In this document: piece by piece, positions 62,590-64,000 of the stretch
How the letters are laid out: each line of letters begins with the position of its first letter
How positions within the stretch are numbered: position 1 is the first letter of the stretch
DNA from: Sedimentisphaerales bacterium
GTDB taxonomy: Bacteria; Planctomycetota; Phycisphaerae; Sedimentisphaerales; Anaerobacaceae
Length of the DNA stretch: 64,000 nucleotides
Direction: 5' to 3'
Assembly (NCBI GenBank): GCA_963708075.1
Contig: OY970194.1
Span: 1,568,001-1,632,000, forward strand
Notes under the pieces: model-generated
Databases searched by the model: none
What the model was told of the DNA's origin: nothing
Seen by the model: the letters and a program-made list of their open reading frames with translations, nothing else
Program-made: the position numbers and the translations under genes

Positions 62590-64000
62590 ATGGAACGACG
62601 GACATTCCTTCGAGCTCTCGGCGCCGGCACGGCTACGCTGGTTTCCGCCCCCTTCTATCGAGTTTCTCATGGCAGCGAGGGCCTCTCCGGCAGGCCGCCG
62701 CAGCAGGCGGGATTGCTCGCCGGCAGAAACCAGAACCGCTCGACGGTCGTCTCGCGCAGCGGTATGGTCTGCACGAGCCAGGCCCTGGCGAGCATGGCGG
62801 GCGTCGATGTCCTCCAGGCCGGCGGCAGCGCCGTCGATGCGGCTATTGCAGCCGATGCGATGCTCGGCCTTGTCGAGCCCATGTCCTGCGGGATCGGCGG
62901 CGACCTGTTCGCCATCGTGTGGAGCGAGAAGGACCGCAAGCTCTTCGGCCTCAATGCCAGCGGCCGCTCCCCCTATGAGTGGAATCTGCAACAGGCGCGC
63001 GACCTGGGCCTCAAGGAGATCCCGACCTATCACCCGCTCTCGTGGAGCATGCCGGGCTGCGTCAGCGGCTGGGCCGCCCTGCACGAGCGATTCGGAAAGC
63101 TGGGCTTTTCCAAACTCCTCGAGCCGGCAATCCAGCACGCACGAGAGGGCTTCCCTGTCTCGCCGATCATCGCGCATTCGTGGTCGTTCGGCTCGCTCGA
63201 CACGCCGGGACTGCGCAGCACCTATCTGCCTGACGGCAAACCCGTCTACTACGGGGCGATCTTCCGTAACCCCGCTCTTGCGAGTGTGTACGAACAGCTC
63301 TCTCGCGAAGGACCCACGACGTTCTATCAGGGCGAGCCCGCGGACCGGATCGTGAAATTCTCGCAGGCCCAGGGCGGGCGATTCTCCGCTCGCGATTTCC
63401 GCGATCATAAGGCCGACTGGGTCGAGCCGGTCAGCACGAACTACCGGGGCTACGACGTCTGGGAGCTTCCGCCGAATGGCCAGGGCATCGCAGCCTTACA
63501 GATGCTCAACCTGCTCGAACACTTCGACATCGGCTCGCTGCAGCCGAATTCCGCCGAGCATCTGCACCTGTTCATCGAGGCCAAGAAGCTCGCCTTCGAG
63601 GATCGTGCCGTCTATTACGCGGACATGGATTTCGCCAAGGTGCCGCTGCAGCAGTTGATCTCGAAGGACTACGCCGCGGAGCGAGTCAAGCTGATTGACC
63701 CCAAGCGAGCCGCACAGCAGGTGCAGTGCGGCCGGCTCAAGGGTTCCTCCGACACGATCTACCTGACGGCCGCCGACAAGGACGGCAACATGGTCTCGCT
63801 GATCCAGAGCATCTATCATGGCTGGGGTTCCGGCTATGTCCCGGATGGCCTCGGTTTCTGCCTGCAGAATCGCGGCCAGCTCTTCGCGCTCGACCCGAGC
63901 CACCTCAATTGCCTCGAGCCGCACAAACGCCCCTTCCACACGATCATTCCCGCGTTCGTCACGAAAGCCGGCCGGCCCGTCTTCTCGTTCGGCGTCATGG
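62590..64000 (+). CDS. ggt: Gamma-glutamyltransferase with a Tat-like signal; truncated by the window end
   Basis: MERRTFL, GGSAVDAAIA, GIGGDLF, PPNGQG, DTIYL, SLIQS, QNRG, PFHTIIP. Confidence 0.9.
   Translation, partial: MERRTFLRALGAGTATLVSAPFYRVSHGSEGLSGRPPQQAGLLAGRNQNRSTVVSRSGMVCTSQALASMAGVDVLQAGGSAVDAAIAADAMLGLVEPMSCGIGGDLFAIVWSEKDRKLFGLNASGRSPYEWNLQQARDLGLKEIPTYHPLSWSMPGCVSGWAALHERFGKLGFSKLLEPAIQHAREGFPVSPIIAHSWSFGSLDTPGLRSTYLPDGKPVYYGAIFRNPALASVYEQLSREGPTTFYQGEPADRIVKFSQAQGGRFSARDFRDHKADWVEPVSTNYRGYDVWELPPNGQGIAALQMLNLLEHFDIGSLQPNSAEHLHLFIEAKKLAFEDRAVYYADMDFAKVPLQQLISKDYAAERVKLIDPKRAAQQVQCGRLKGSSDTIYLTAADKDGNMVSLIQSIYHGWGSGYVPDGLGFCLQNRGQLFALDPSHLNCLEPHKRPFHTIIPAFVTKAGRPVFSFGVM

Noticed and set aside
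1..64000. CRISPR arrays, tRNA/rRNA genes, integrases and transposases
   Set aside because: No regularly spaced repeats, cloverleafs or recombinase motifs were seen by eye.

Overview
A ~62% GC (visual estimate) bacterial window. The gene content points to a planctomycete, probably Phycisphaerae/Sedimentisphaerales (inference from the prepilin/DUF1559-type gene, the LamG-discoidin secreted protein and the planctomycete-like REP palindromes). Layout: (1) 1-8.1 kb, secreted beta-helix and LamG proteins; (2) 8.3-39.6 kb, icd, a DJ-1 gene and a large LPS/envelope glycan region (lpxK, hldE, gmhA, gmhB, waaF, GT9/GT4/GT2, a B12 radical SAM enzyme, LPS kinases, two MBOAT O-acylation modules, SGNH proteins, methyltransferases, Fdt/Qdt-type amino-sugar genes, plsY); (3) 39.7-45.8 kb, an accessory patch with a MITE, secreted repeat proteins and a two-gene unit; (4) rpmB-gatC-esterase-gatA-gatB-cupin; (5) a carbamoyltransferase-SxtJ-DUF5989 module with SGNH proteins; (6) RidA/FkbO-like, rluB, UbiA, HAD and ggt genes. 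The best candidate for an undescribed system is the two-gene unit at 42901-46002. It encodes a cytoplasmic ComEC-like metallo-beta-lactamase-fold hydrolase fused to a gingipain/caspase-clan (C25) protease, plus a small low-complexity partner, under its own sigma70-like promoter. About eight genes carry single-base frameshifts, and four or five of them fall at the same GAGAACC/GAACC context, most likely a methylation-linked sequencing artefact. No tRNA, rRNA or CRISPR array was seen. All calls are from motif reading, not database searches.
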